This document shows positions 49,201 to 61,908 of a DNA stretch of 64,000 nt, piece by piece. This DNA is from Vitrella brassicaformis CCMP3155 (Eukaryota > Protista > Chromerida). The stretch is taken from NCBI GenBank assembly GCA_001179505.1, contig CDMY01000379.1:29520-93519 (forward strand). Reading direction: 5' to 3'. Numbering within the stretch: the first letter of the stretch is position 1; each line of letters opens with the position of its first letter. The position numbers and the translations under genes are program-made. Below the pieces are notes generated by a model. The model was not told where the DNA came from. It made no database searches and was given only the letters and a program-made list of their open reading frames with translations.

Positions 49201-50454
49201 TTGGCTGGGTACGCGACACATTGCACTGCACTGACTCACAGAGAGGTGGATCAGTGGAGGTGTCCCGTTCCCTCTCTGTGTGTGTGATGTGGTTGTGTGC
49301 AGGCACTGTGGTGTTCTACGCCATATGGTGGGCGGCGGGTCTGATTCTGTCCGACCTGGAGGGCACCTTCGAGGCGGCCCACGCCACGCCGGCCTTCTAT
49401 CTGAGTGTGCTGCTGGCCGTTCTCATCACCATCGCCCCTCAATTCATTCTATGGATGTACCAGGTGGGTGCGCCGTCCCGCTGTGTGTGGGTGTGATGTG
49501 TGCCTATGGAATACCTTGTCTGATGCTGGGCGTGTGTGTGTGTGTTTGTGTGTGTGGCACCAGGTTGTGTTTGACCCTTCTCCCGTCGACATTATCAAGG
49601 AGCGGCTCTACAAGGGCGTATTCGATGTCGTCATCGGACCAAGGCATGCACACACACAGACACACAAAGCCCCTCAGCTGCATACGTGTTTTGTTGCCCC
49701 CCCATTGTGACACCAATGCTGCAGGCGTGGAGTGCAGCTGGCAGTGTTGGTGCCGCGTGAGCCTGGCGACCAGCCGGACGAGTACACGGGCTATGCATTC
49801 GCTTACCAGGTCAGTCAATCAGACACACAGACAGACACACAGGCATGCAGCCAGGGAGGGAGGGAGGAACGGCAGGCAGCTTGTGTGAGAGAGTGAGGAT
49901 GACCCCAAGTAACCCCAAAATGCTGAGGCCTTGCTTAGTGGCCAGGGCCGTGATTTCACACCGTTCACATACCGAACTGCCCTGAGCACTCTCACACCCA
50001 CCACGCGCACATTCACACAATAACCAGACAGACAGACAGACAGACAAAAGGCTCCCCTTTCTCCTGGCCGATGTGTGTGTGTGTCTTGTCTGTCTGTGTG
50101 CAGGAGGGTGACCGTCCGCAGCTGTTCGACGCCCCAGCGCTGCTCAAGCGGCTCAGGGCCTCCGCTCTCAAGGGCGCTGCCAACATCCCCCAGATGGCCG
50201 TCCGCCCATTCCGCCGGCGAGTCTTCCATGACCGCAATGACCACCGCAAACACGGCGAGGGCGACGTCGTCCGGGAGACTTCAGAGCCCCTCCCACACAT
50301 CACACCGCCTGACAATGACGACGCAGGAGCTGGTGGTGCGGCTGAGGTGGGCCCCCCGGCGAGCTCACCAGGGGGCCAGCTGTCGCCATCCATTGCTGAT
50401 GGTGGCAGCGGGGGTGCGGGAATGAACGGCGGGGTGGACGCAGTTCCAGGGTAG
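41663..50454 (+). CDS. P4-type ATPase (phospholipid flippase)
   Basis: [29 protein letters not shown]|[94 protein letters not shown]; stop TAG 50452-50454. Confidence 0.95.
45885..46184. other. Assembly gap (300 N) in a P4-ATPase intron
   Basis: N run next to a long G homopolymer. Confidence 0.99.
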
Positions 50455-51183
50455 TAGGGCAGGGCCAGGGTGGGGGGTGGGGGAAGAGGGATTTCACCCC
50501 ACCCATTGGCGAACGATTTGTCTGACTATGTAGCTGGCGGCGTGGCACACAGCACGGAGGACAGAAAGAGGAGCTGAGAGGAGGTGGGTCCGCCGTGGGT
50601 CACGGTGTTGGGTTGTTTCCCACCAGTGGTTTTTGTGTATGCGCCTGTTGTTTCCCCCTGTGCGTGAATTTGCTCTCTCTTTTCCAAAGGCGACAATTGA
50701 TGCGTTCGCTCATGGTATGTGGTGTTTGCTGTCTTTTGCTTGCCAAGTGGCAAGAGGACAGAGGAAACAAGTGAATGTTTCTGTGTGTGTGTGTGTGTCT
50801 GTGAAGTGAATGTTTCTGTGTGTGTGTGTGTGTCTGTGTGGGCAATGGTTGCTTGCTCCTTACTGTATAGATCGGTGTCTGTCTGTCCGTGCACTCATTG
50901 TCCATCCACGGGTAGATGGGTGTTAATGGCCGGGCGGGACACATAGACGCGGACCCCTTACCTTGCTGTCTGCCTGCCTGCCTGCCTTGCCCATTCATTG
51001 CTCTCTTTTCCCCTTATCTAAGCCCACCGAAGCGAAAAGCTTAACGGCAACAACCAAATCGAACCAAATCAAATCTCTCCCACCAAAACACGGCAAACAA
51101 AAAGCCCGACGGCAAACAAAAGAAAAAACCCACAGCTGCTCACATGGCCATACTCCTCTCTGCTCTGTCGAGGGCCTCTCTGC

Positions 51184-53240
51184 CTATCTATCCCTGGTTC
51201 TGCCGTCCCTGTAAGCGGACCGGCGTCTGTCCATGCCCACCATACCAGCAGTGCCCTTGTAGGCATCAAACACCGACGCGGCATCAAACACGGGGTCACC
51301 AGTCGCACCAGCACCACCAGCAGGATGTGGGCCGTTGTGCATGGGTGTGGCGTCAGGAGGTTCTTGAAGGTCTTGGTGGGCGGTGGGGGCGGCTTCAATG
51401 GCCTGCACGTCACCTTCACCACACCACACAGGGCAATGTCAGGTCAGGATGTGGGCAGGGTGGGGTGCCTGCCGTGTAGTGGACAGGTGTCTTTGTCGTG
51501 TGTGCCGACCGGCCTTCTTTGGAGGAGTGGTTGGCATGCACTTCGGGCAGACGTTGACCGACTTGAACCGGGCGGCGAAGTCGTCAAAGCTGATCCAGAA
51601 GATGCCGTCCTCCTCGTCGCGCCACAAATGCTTCACCATGGATGGATGGAGTGATGGCACACGTCCAACCACACACACACACACGTGCACATGGCCACAT
51701 CCATTGCCCGCACCAACCTCTTTGATCTGGGGGTGCTCGTCCCACGTTGGCGATTTGTCGCCCCAATCGCCATTCCACCTGACACACACACACACACACA
51801 CAGCGATCGAAGCACGCCATCCATCTGCACACTTTTCTCTACTTTCACCGACTTGGCTTACTCGTGTCCTTTCCCCCATGGATTGCGCAGCTGCAGCAGC
51901 TTGAGGTCGTGGCCACCCTCAGTCAGGTGCAGCACTGACAGCAGCGAATAGGCGTGGCGCTCAACCAGCCCGTCGGCGCGCTTCTTCTCCATCACATCGC
52001 CCGGGATGGCCGCAGACATCAGGTAGTTGTTCTGAATCACACCCACACACCCACACACCAGCAATGCAGTTCAATGAATGTGTTTTGACTGCTGGTCTCC
52101 CTGGCCACCTTGTCGAACTGTGCGAGGGTGTCGAAGAACTGCTCGGGTGTCTTGGTCTGGCCGGTCTCGACGGTGAATAGGCGGCTGAGCTGTCGCGGGT
52201 TCTCCTTGAGCCAGTCGAGGTCCACCTGATGCTCCTTCCAGACGCCGTCCTCGCCACACTTCCACACATACTGACACACAAACAAAGAGCGTTTTGATTG
52301 ATTGATGGATGGATGGATGGACGATATCGTCTGTCTGTTTGCTTCTGCGTAGGTACCTGTTTGACCTCGCCCGTCATGCACTGCCAGGCATACGGCGTGA
52401 AGCCACCTGCAGCCATCCATCCGTCCATGGACTCCTCCCCCCCCACCGCCCAAGCTGCCTCGTGTGGTGTGGGTACCTGAGAGTTTGCCATAGCCCCCGC
52501 AGAACTTGGCGAAGGCCTTCTCCAGCAGCAGGCACCACAACTCATTGCCCGCCGGCTGTGCGAAGAGTGGCTTGCCGCCCTTCTGCCACCACTTTTTGAC
52601 CTCACAGGGGATGTGGTCGTCGAACGTCATGTCCACCCACTCGCCGCTGCTCACGTCAAACAGCCGCACCGTATACTGGCCAGCAGGATTGTACTCCTTC
52701 GTCACGAAGAGGTCCTCGACGCAGCCGGGGAATTCGGCCACCGACGCGAAGGCCGCGAGCAGCCAGCAGTCGCCCAGAGACCTGATCAGCCAACACACAC
52801 ACACACACACTCACACACACATCGAAGCAACGTGGCTGCTGTCTGAACGCGCCCACGCACCCTTGCAAAAGGTCGGAGGGTTCGATGGTGTCGAAGAGTT
52901 TTGCTGCCTGAGCGGTGACTGAGAGCTTGGAGCCGCGGATCCACTGGACGTCCTTCACCTCCACCGAACCCAGTGACGCGAACGTGGGCGGGAACTCGTT
53001 GTCCTCGAACTTGGGGATGGCCACACCATGCTCGTCTGCACGTCACACAGCAGACAACAGGCCGTCCACCGTGTGTTGTGGCCCCCCCTCTCTTTCTTAG
53101 GTCAGCTACCTGGTTCGGTGATGTCGATGGTCGCGCCGTCCTCTAGTTCGCCGGCAGGTATGGCGTGGCCGCCCGCTACCGCCTCCCATATCAGCCCACC
53201 ATCGGGGCGACGGACACGCCTGTGCAGATGTACCCACCCG

Positions 53241-53273
<33 letters not shown>

Positions 53274-55096
53274 CGGCACTGGGCGCAGTGCAAAGTGGAA
53301 GATGGCAAAGCTAGAAGAGCTCCTAGCATACCATGCGTGGCCTTTGAATGAGTCAAACTTGAGGGACTCGCCGACCGGGATCTCCTGTTTGAGCTCCTCC
53401 TCGCCGTCCTGGTCGATCCACATCAGGTGAATGGGGAACTCGCACCTGGACACAACACAACACATACGCTCACACAGACTTAGTTGCACTACACAGACCA
53501 CATTGATCAGATCAGATCTGATCAGTGTGTGTCAGTGACGCACACACTTGTTGTTGATGGTGGCCTTGAAGATCTTGACCTCGCCGGACGATGAGACGAT
53601 ATCCGTGGGCTTCAGATCTGTGCACACACACCCAGAGAGACCGTCCCACCCTACCAACCACCAGACCCCCCTCCCTCCCTCCGTCACCGTTGTCGATGCC
53701 CTCATCGAACGCCTCCACTTTCACATCAGGGTCGTCTTCATTCTCCGTGCCGTTAAACACGCTCCACACCACGTTGATGGCGTCGGGCGACGCGGCGTCC
53801 ATGTCAGCCACACTGGCGAAGAAGGAGTTGGTGCCAACCTCGCCGGGGCCGATCTTCCACTTGCCATTTGAGAAGAACAGGTAGAGGTCCTGACACACAC
53901 AGACAGAGGCAGTTTGCGGGGGGNNNNNNNNNNNNNNNNNNNNNNNNNNNNNNNNNNNNNNNNNNNNNNNNNNNNNNNNNNNNNNNNNNNNNNNNNNNNN
54001 NNNNNNNNNNNNNNNNNNNNNNNNNNNNNNNNNNNNNNNNNNNNNNNNNNNNNNNNNNNNNNNNNNNNNNNNNNNNNNNNNNNNNNNNNNNNNNNNNNNN
54101 NNNNNNNNNNNNNNNNNNNNNNNNNNNNNNNNNNNNNNNNNNNNNNNNNNNNNNNNNNNNNNNNNNNNNNNNNNNNNNNNNNNNNNNNNNNNNNNNNNNN
54201 NNNNNNNNNNNNNNNNNNNNNNNGGGGGGGGGGGGGCTCGAGCTGACCTCTTCTTTGTAGTGGTATGCAGGCCGTTCGCTGAAGTCCTCCCCCAGCCGGA
54301 TGTATCCCCCGTTGATGTGCGAGTTAGTCCCCTCACGGCCGCTGACCACCACACGATGGGGCGCGTTGGCAATGTCGTCAGCTGACACAGATACACACAT
54401 ACACACACACGTATACACCAACACACACACCAACAGATACATACAGGAACCACGCGACATTCACCTGAGATGGTGAACGAGATTGCTGTGACTTTGGGAT
54501 CGGCGACGAATCCATCAGAGCCGCCGGCGAAGATATGCCAGGGCGATGACACGTCGGCAGGGGTGGCTGACGACGCGTCCTCACAGTCTGAGATGGACAC
54601 CACAGACACCACACATGTCAAAGGCAGAACTCATGTGCAGAGAACAAGGTAGATACCTATCCCTCCCCTGGCTGGCTGCCTGGCTGCCTGCCCTTACAAG
54701 CGTAGAAGGCTCGGCCGCCGACCTTGGTGCCAATGCGCCACACACCTGAGACCACCAATCGCTCGTCCATCCATCAGCAGGCACACACCAACAACACACA
54801 CAGACCCTCTGTGTGTGTACCGTCTTCATCCTTGTAGATGTAGAGCTGGTCCCCTTTGCCGTATGTGGGGTGGCCGTGGAGGTCGCCCCTCAGCTTGCGG
54901 TACGCCCCGTTAATGAACGAGTTCACTCCCTCACGACCACTCAGGCCGACCCTTTCTGTCCAACCACACACACACACCCGGGCGTCCCTGGTGTCCATCG
55001 TCCTTCTGTGTGCGGCTGCGTGTGCGTCCCCTTGCCCCCTTCACCTCCAGAGGGGTCCGGCAGGAGCTTCTCGCTGACACGGAATTTTTGACTCAT
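51184..55096 (-). CDS. Atypical calpain: two ~110-aa repeats, a VHL-beta-like domain and a CysPc catalytic domain; no domain III or EF hands
   Basis: Intact triad in QG|SLGDCWLLAA, GLVERHAYSLL and QLRNPWG; also FEDNEFPP, LWCLLLEKAFAK and DGIFWISFDDF. ATG 55096 (MSQKFRVSEK) splices in frame to ERVGLSGREG; stop at 51184. Confidence 0.88.
53924..54223. other. Assembly gap (300 N) in a calpain intron
   Basis: N run flanked on both sides by poly-G. Confidence 0.99.
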
Positions 55097-55649
55097 CGTA
55101 TCGATGTGCTACTGCCTCGCGATGGCCGAGGTGCTGCTGGGCTTCCTGTGGATGCGGGAGAGGCCTCAAAAATTGTTGAGGAAATGGTGAATGCGGCCCG
55201 CAGATGGATAACCACAGCTTAGCTTATTCGGTTGGTCCGTAACAAAAATCACACAAAAATGACTTGATGTGCCGGCTAAGCTCGCTGACCGAGCGTTGAC
55301 CCAACGGCTGAGCTGAGCTTCACGCGCCGATGAATGGACGTGCTTCAGTCAAACTTACTCCATGCAGCCTGTCCCGTTGCAAAGCACGGACACACACACT
55401 CGCTACTGCGCACCGGCGCACACACACGAAGCCAAACGCCGTTTTGGCGTATGCGTGTTTGTCCGAGCTGCCACACATGCAGATCTATGGCACAGATGCC
55501 TGGCTTGCTTGTCTGCCTGTTTGTCTCCTGAGAAGGCAAAAAACGCCCCCAACCATCACCACCATGACTAGAAAAGCATGCATCAAAGCGCTTCGCGTCC
55601 ACACGCCCCACCCTACCCGGCGCTCAGCGCTCATCTCTCATCTCATCAT

Positions 55650-57243
55650 TCAGTCGCCGGCGATGATGCCGTTGTCGTGCATATGATGGCGCACCAGAGC
55701 CATCCGCGGCATGTCCCCCTCCTGCACCATCTTCCTCAGGTAGGCGTTGCGCCACCCCACCCACATGAAGCCGCACGACGAGCACAGCGACAGCAGCAGC
55801 AGCACGCCGCAGAGAGCCTGCCAGATCTCCAGGCTCCACCCGAAGAGCCCCAGCCCCTCGCGGGTGCCGATGATCTGCTGGGGCGGCGGGGCGTTGCGGG
55901 CGAGAGGGATGAGGATCTTGGCCAGCCGTGCGCCGCCCAGCACCATTCTTTCGAGAGACGTGTGCTGCGCTTGGGCCACGTAGGCGTCAGAGGGATAGTA
56001 GGGCTGCCGCTTCTCGAGAGTGCTGAAGTCAAATTCTGAGGAACAGACAGACAGACAGACAGCCTGAGGGGCCGTAGAGTACAGGCACACCATACACACC
56101 TGAGTAGACGAATTTGGCGCATATCTTGTACGACTCGTCCAGCACCTCTCGGAAGCCGACCTTATCAGCATGCTTCGACTTCCACAGCTCAGGAAACATC
56201 GCCAAGAGACGAACGGCCTGCCACCGAAACATGACACGTGGCGACGTTCCTCATGTGTGTGTGTGTCGGTGTGGTGTCTGACCTCATCTTCCATGTCAGA
56301 CGGACCAAGCGTCGGCCAATTGCCCTCGAGCGCCCCGCCGCCCAAATCCCAGAAGAGGTGCAGCTCGCCAACGTGCTCATGGCCAGCCGTGTGGTTCAAG
56401 ATCACAGGTATCTGATCGTCGCACAGATCCTAGGGTGGATGGAGGGCGTGTGGGGGTCGGTGACTGTGTACTTCGTTGCCGCCCGCGTCGCCATGAGGGT
56501 ACGGCTTGGCAAACATCGTGCAGCTGTGGAGCGGCTGGTGGATGTCGCCATACACGTGGAGCAGCAACCTGCACACACAGAGGCAGAGGCACGGCGTCCA
56601 TCCATCCATCGAAGCGTCAGTCCTGTGACCTGAGAAAGAGGTTCCATGAGAGCGCCGTGCCCTCGTTCTGCTTTTTGCCGAAGTTGATCATGGTGTGGTT
56701 GGCCCTCTCTAGCAGCCACAGGGCGTCATGGGTGCCACGTCGGAAGTGCGGGATCGGCAGATCCTGCGGATTGTAAGGCTTATCTGAGTAATGCCATTCG
56801 TTGAACACCTGCACACACACAATAACGACACACAAAGCGACACACAGATCCCTCCCTCCCACCCTCCCTCGTTGTGTGCGCACCTCAATAGCATCATATC
56901 TCAGTAGGCCTCGGCACCAGGGCCGCCCCTGCTCACACTTGATGTGGTCGGCCCACACAGGGGCGGTGGTCAGTCGGCTCAAGCCAGGGTACTGCTCCTC
57001 CCACACGTACAGCACCTTCTCGAGGGCCTTGACCAGCGAACTGCCTCCATGGCTTTTGAGCAGGATGTGCCGCGCGATGGCCCCGATGAGCATGTGCCCC
57101 TGCAAACACGCACATGCAAGAGAGGAAGAGAATGAAAGCATTCCATGAGGGTCAGGCTGAGCGGCCTTGCGTACCTCATCGCCCCACGCCATGGCGGCAT
57201 CAATTAGCAGCACCGACACCAAAAGCAGCGGAAGCACACCCAT
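55650..57243 (-). CDS. S1/P1 nuclease with signal peptide and C-terminal transmembrane helix
   Basis: Signal peptide followed by WGDE|GHM, VWADHIK, EWHY, LHVYGDIHQPLH, GDAGGN and LHLFWD (Zn-ligand motifs), then hydrophobic WQALCGVLLLLSLCSSCGFMWVGW and a short cytosolic tail. Confidence 0.9.
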
Positions 57244-57378
57244 CTTGAAAGGATGGCGCCTTCAAGCGGAGGAAGATCTGCTCTCTCCCTCTTCGGCGCA
57301 TCACGCGAGCTTGAAGCAATCAGTCCTCCCTGACTCACGAGGCAGTGGCTGTCTGCTCTGCCGTGGGAGCCTGCAGCA

Positions 57379-58876
57379 ATGCGTTCATCAAGATCTGGCC
57401 TCTGTCAGGTGGTCGAGGGTCTCCGCACCTCGTCTCGTGACGGACTGATGCGTCAGAGGAAAGCCGCGAGGCAGCGGGTGGCCTCAATCGCGGCCTCTCA
57501 GGGCGTCGTGGCGATGAATTTGTTGGACATGGGGAGGAGGAGTGCCGCCATCGAGCAGATGGCGACGACGCAGGCGATGAGGATGGGTGTCGATTCGATG
57601 AACAGACGGCCGTTCTTCAGCTCTGCAGAGGTGTGCGCGGAGAAAGAGGACGTTCATGCATCGTTTTGTGTGCATTGTGGCCCCTTGCAGGCAGCTCCAT
57701 CGAGTGATTTTCTCGTCTGTCCCTACTGTGAGTTCAGACACACATCCTTTTCGTTCTTCTGCCAAGTAGGCACGGCACGGCACGGCGCTGTCTGTCGAGT
57801 TGACGGATGGTGTGTTGTGGTGGTGATGGCGTGTCAGGGTTGCGGTGCGCTGCAGCCGTCGCCAGAGGAGGCACAAGTCGGCCACTACGAGCTGCTCGAC
57901 TGGTGGGTGGTGGGACGGCTGTGCTGATTCATGCTTTCAGGCTGCCGTGTATTGTGTGCTTTGTCTGCCTTTCTGTCTGCCCGCCTGTTTGTCTGTCTGG
58001 TCCAGCGATGTGGGCTTCGATGTGGACACTGCCAGGCTGAGCAAAACCTACAAGACCCTGCAGCAGTCCCTCCACCCTGACAAATACGCGCACAAGACCA
58101 AAGAGAACGTGCCGGTACCCACGCCCATCCCTCCGATGAGCATCTGCACACAGACGACAGACAGACAGATTGGCTGTGTGTGTTGTGTTTGTGTGTGTTG
58201 TGGTTGGTTGATGTGTGAATCTATCAGGACGTGCAGGCATCTGCCGACCGTGCGTCCGCCCGAGTGACCGAGGCCTATCGCACGCTGCTCGACCCGCTCA
58301 AAAGAGCGCAATACCTATTGAGGAAGAAATTCAACATCAGCGTACGTGACACCCTGCACACACAGCACAGCACAGCACAGCACAGCACACCCATCATTGA
58401 TTGAGTCTATGAGTGTGTGTGACAGGTGTTGGAGGAGGAGCAGCGGGTGAATGACCCAGAGCTGCTGGAAGAAGTCATGGAGGTAGGTAGGGACCTACAC
58501 GAACAAGACACACCGGGCTATGCTATCAGTCCTGCCTGTCTGTGTGCCCTAATGACCATCAGATTCAGGAGCGGCTGGAAGAGGACCCAAACACCACGCA
58601 GGAGGACATCGAGGCACTCAAAAAGTACTGTACACACGACACTACACACAAACACCGAGCCAGCCGTCCATCCATCCAGCTGTGCCCCCTTCACGTCACG
58701 CTGTGTGCTGCAGGGATTTCGATGCGCGTGTGTGCAAGTTGGTCAACACGCTGTCGGACCACTTCAGGCGTGCGGACCGCCAGAGCCTGGACGAGTCGTC
58801 CATCCGTGAGGCGGTGGAGCGGCTGCAGTTCTATTACCGCATCAAGGAAGAACTGCAGCAGTGGAAACCAAAGTAG
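57379..58876 (+). CDS. HSCB: Fe-S cluster co-chaperone HscB/HSC20, probably mitochondrial
   Basis: Arg-rich presequence-like N-terminus, CPYC...FFCQ|GCGALQP zinc motif, J-domain with LQQSLHPDKY and VTEAYRTLLDPLKRAQYLL, C-terminal RLQFYYRIKEE; exact start codon uncertain. Confidence 0.9.
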
Positions 58877-59216
58877 ATAGAAAAGATGGATAAAGTGAGA
58901 TCAGATCCATGGAGGGGCTGGCCTGGCAGGGGAAAATGGGGGGTTCCCAGCTGCGAGGGCCATGTTGGGTTGGCTGGTTTCTTTGTGTTTGACGTTTTGC
59001 ACTGCGTCGGTGTCGATAGGACCTGGTGCGATCGATGAGATAGATGGACTGTGTGTGTATAGTGAGTTTGCTGAAAGGCCAATTGACTGACTGGGATCCT
59101 GCTCGCAGGCACGGCCGGCCAGGTTTTGCGAGCCTGCCTGACCCAAAATTGCTCGAGGAAGCAGAGGACGTCAATTGCAGAGTGCCCCGCTTCCCACCCG
59201 CAAACGGCTGAAAAGG

Positions 59217-61115
59217 ATGGCTGCGTCTGGCGGAATGGGTCTGTTGCCTCCCGACATTGAGCGCCTCGTGGCGGTCATCACGTTTTATATGGTGGTGTCC
59301 CTCTCCATCGTCTTCCTCAACTTCTCTATCTTCACTAAGGCAAGGCAAAGCGCGGCGCACAAAGCATCAACAGCTCACAAAACACAGCCGATGTTTGTGT
59401 TGCTGTGGCTGCGGCTGTGCAGGTGGTGACGCTGCCCGTGTTCGTCTCATGGTGCGTGAGATACAAGATGACGCAACGCAACACGGCACATAGATGCTGC
59501 TGTTTGCTTGTCTGTGTGTGTGTGGTTGCCTGCAGGTTCCAGATGTGAGTGACCACTCGCACTCCCAGGCTGCTCGATTGCCTTTCACACGTGTGGCTCT
59601 CTGTCGATTTGTCTGTCTATCTAAATCTCAGGGTGGTGTCCTTTGCCCTGACGAATGTGTTCGGTCGTCTGGGTCAGCGGTACGAGTCGCTGTCCTTCTG
59701 GCCGCCGTACTCGTTCAACTGGAACACCGCCACCACCATCCTCCCTTTGACCCTCAGCTACGTCGGCATGATTACCATGAACAACGTCTGCCTCAAATAC
59801 GTCGCCGTCTCGACCTACCAAGTCGCAAGAAGCTCTACCATACTGTAAGAGAGAGAGGGAGGGGGGCAACACTCAAGAGGATCTCTTTGTGTGACGGCTC
59901 GTGTGTGGTGTGTGGTGTGTGGCGTGTCAGGTTCAATTTGCTATTGTCGCGTTATCTGCTGCACGCCGAGATTTCAGTACAGGCGGTGTATGCGTGTGTG
60001 GTGGTGTGCCTGGGCATCGTCGCCGGCGCTCTCGACCCGAAATCGCTCACTCTCTTGGGGCTGCTCACAGGTAAATGATGACCTGCCCATAGATGGATGG
60101 ATGGATTGATGGTGTGTGAATATGTGCAGGGACGGTTGGGTCACTATTCTGGGCCCTGTATTCGGTGAATGTCAAGAAGTATCTGGCGTTGGTGGACGGG
60201 AACCAATTTGTGCTGCTCAACTACAACCTGACGTGGTCGTGCATCCTCTTCCTCCCACTCATATTCCTCTTCCAGGAGCACACGGGGGTCGTAGACATAC
60301 CTACCGACCCGACAGACGAGTCCTTCTACCAGGTACAGGACGAAAGACACTACACAGGGGAGCGCTCTGGGTGTGTGTGTGACGGTTCTTGTGCAGGTGT
60401 GGGGTGCGATGGTGCTGTCTGGGGTGTTTGGGTTCATGATGAACATCGCGGTCTTCCTGGTCATCAAGGCCACTTCGCCGCTCACCTTCAACATCATCGG
60501 CACGGTTAAGGCTACCATACAGAGTCTGGGCGGCTTCCTCATCTTCGGCGATGAGACCAACCTGCAAAACATCACTGGTACGGCACGCACCCTCCCAACC
60601 ACCAGTCCACACACAATCGTCCGTCGTGTGTCGTGTGTGCAGGCATTGCGTTATGTCTGGTTGGCTCATTCTGGTACGGCAAGGCGAAACAGGCCCAGGC
60701 CCAGCAGGAGAGAGAGCGGCTGCCCACCACCACGACAGACGCCGAGAAGAAGGGGCTGGTGATGGGCGAGAAGGACGGCAAGGAGATGGTGATCGGCCGG
60801 CCGAGTGACGAGGACAATAGCAGCAGCGTGTCGACTCACGTGTCGTCCTCCGACAGCCCACACAAGCACCAACACCACTACACGACCGTCGTAGGTGGCA
60901 CCAGCAAGAAAACAGGTCCCACACACACACGGCGGGATGGCCTGGCCTGTGTGTGTCTCTGCCTGTGCGTAACCCTCTCTCTGTCCGTACGTGTGTCTGA
61001 TGCAGTCGGCTCGGTGAACCCAATGTCTGACAGCGATGAGGACGAGGCCGCCGATGGCGACTTAGATGATCCTGACGTCAGAAAGATGAAGAGCCTGCTG
61101 GGCGGGAGGGCATAG
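59217..61115 (+). CDS. SLC35C1: Nucleotide-sugar transporter, GDP-fucose transporter-like (SLC35C1/TPT family)
   Basis: VSLSIVFLN, MITMNNVCLKYVAVSTYQVARS, LLNYN and VIKATSPLTFNIIGTVKA motifs; about 10 hydrophobic segments; stop TAG 61113-61115. Substrate is inferred, not shown. Confidence 0.8.
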
Positions 61116-61908
61116 TGGGGCGTGTGTCGGTCGTTGGGTGACGACAAGACGAGCGACCGCATGGATGGATGGATGGATGGGCAAACGTTTATAGTTTTTC
61201 CGTCGTCTTCTCCGTATGTGTGAGGGAGGGAGCCCTCTTCGGTGTGAATTCACCCGTACGTGTGTGGTGTGGTCATCCATACATGTGTGAATGGATACAT
61301 ACACTCATTCATTCATTAATTCATGCGGGCGGCGGACAGACAGACACGCAAGAATTAAGGGAAAGGGCTGCGGTGTTTTTTTGGTATACGTACGTTCGTG
61401 TGTAATTACCATGATAGTACGGAGCTGCAGAGGCGGGGCGGGGTGGGTGAATGATGAGGTGTTGCCAGCCAGCCAACCACAGCCAGCCAGCGTTTATTCG
61501 TTCTCCGCTTCGATGCGATGAGTCCATGACTTGAGAGGGTGTCACTCATGACCTGCATAAATATGTATCGGAAAACTATGTAAGTGGACGTGCTGGCGAC
61601 CTGCCTTGCAGGTCGTCCCCCATGGCTGGCGCAGCGTCTCTTGGAAGCGACGCAGTGTCTGTCAAGGATGACAACCAGCAAGGCAGGTGACCGCACATTC
61701 AACAAACACGCACCAGGACCTCACGTGTCTTGTGTCTCTCTGAATCAGCAATACTCCCTTGCCCACCCCTACTACACACCGACCGTACAGATCACACACA
61801 CACACACGCAACACAACACAACACAGCCGCCACAGAAAAAGCCCCCACACATTCACCCACACATCGGGTGGCCACCACGTCCGCCACTGCTACCGCTACG
61901 GCATCCCA

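Noticed and set aside
53500-53530. (GATCA/GATCT)n palindromic patch, also at ~63553
   Set aside because: Short intronic simple repeat with no further structure.
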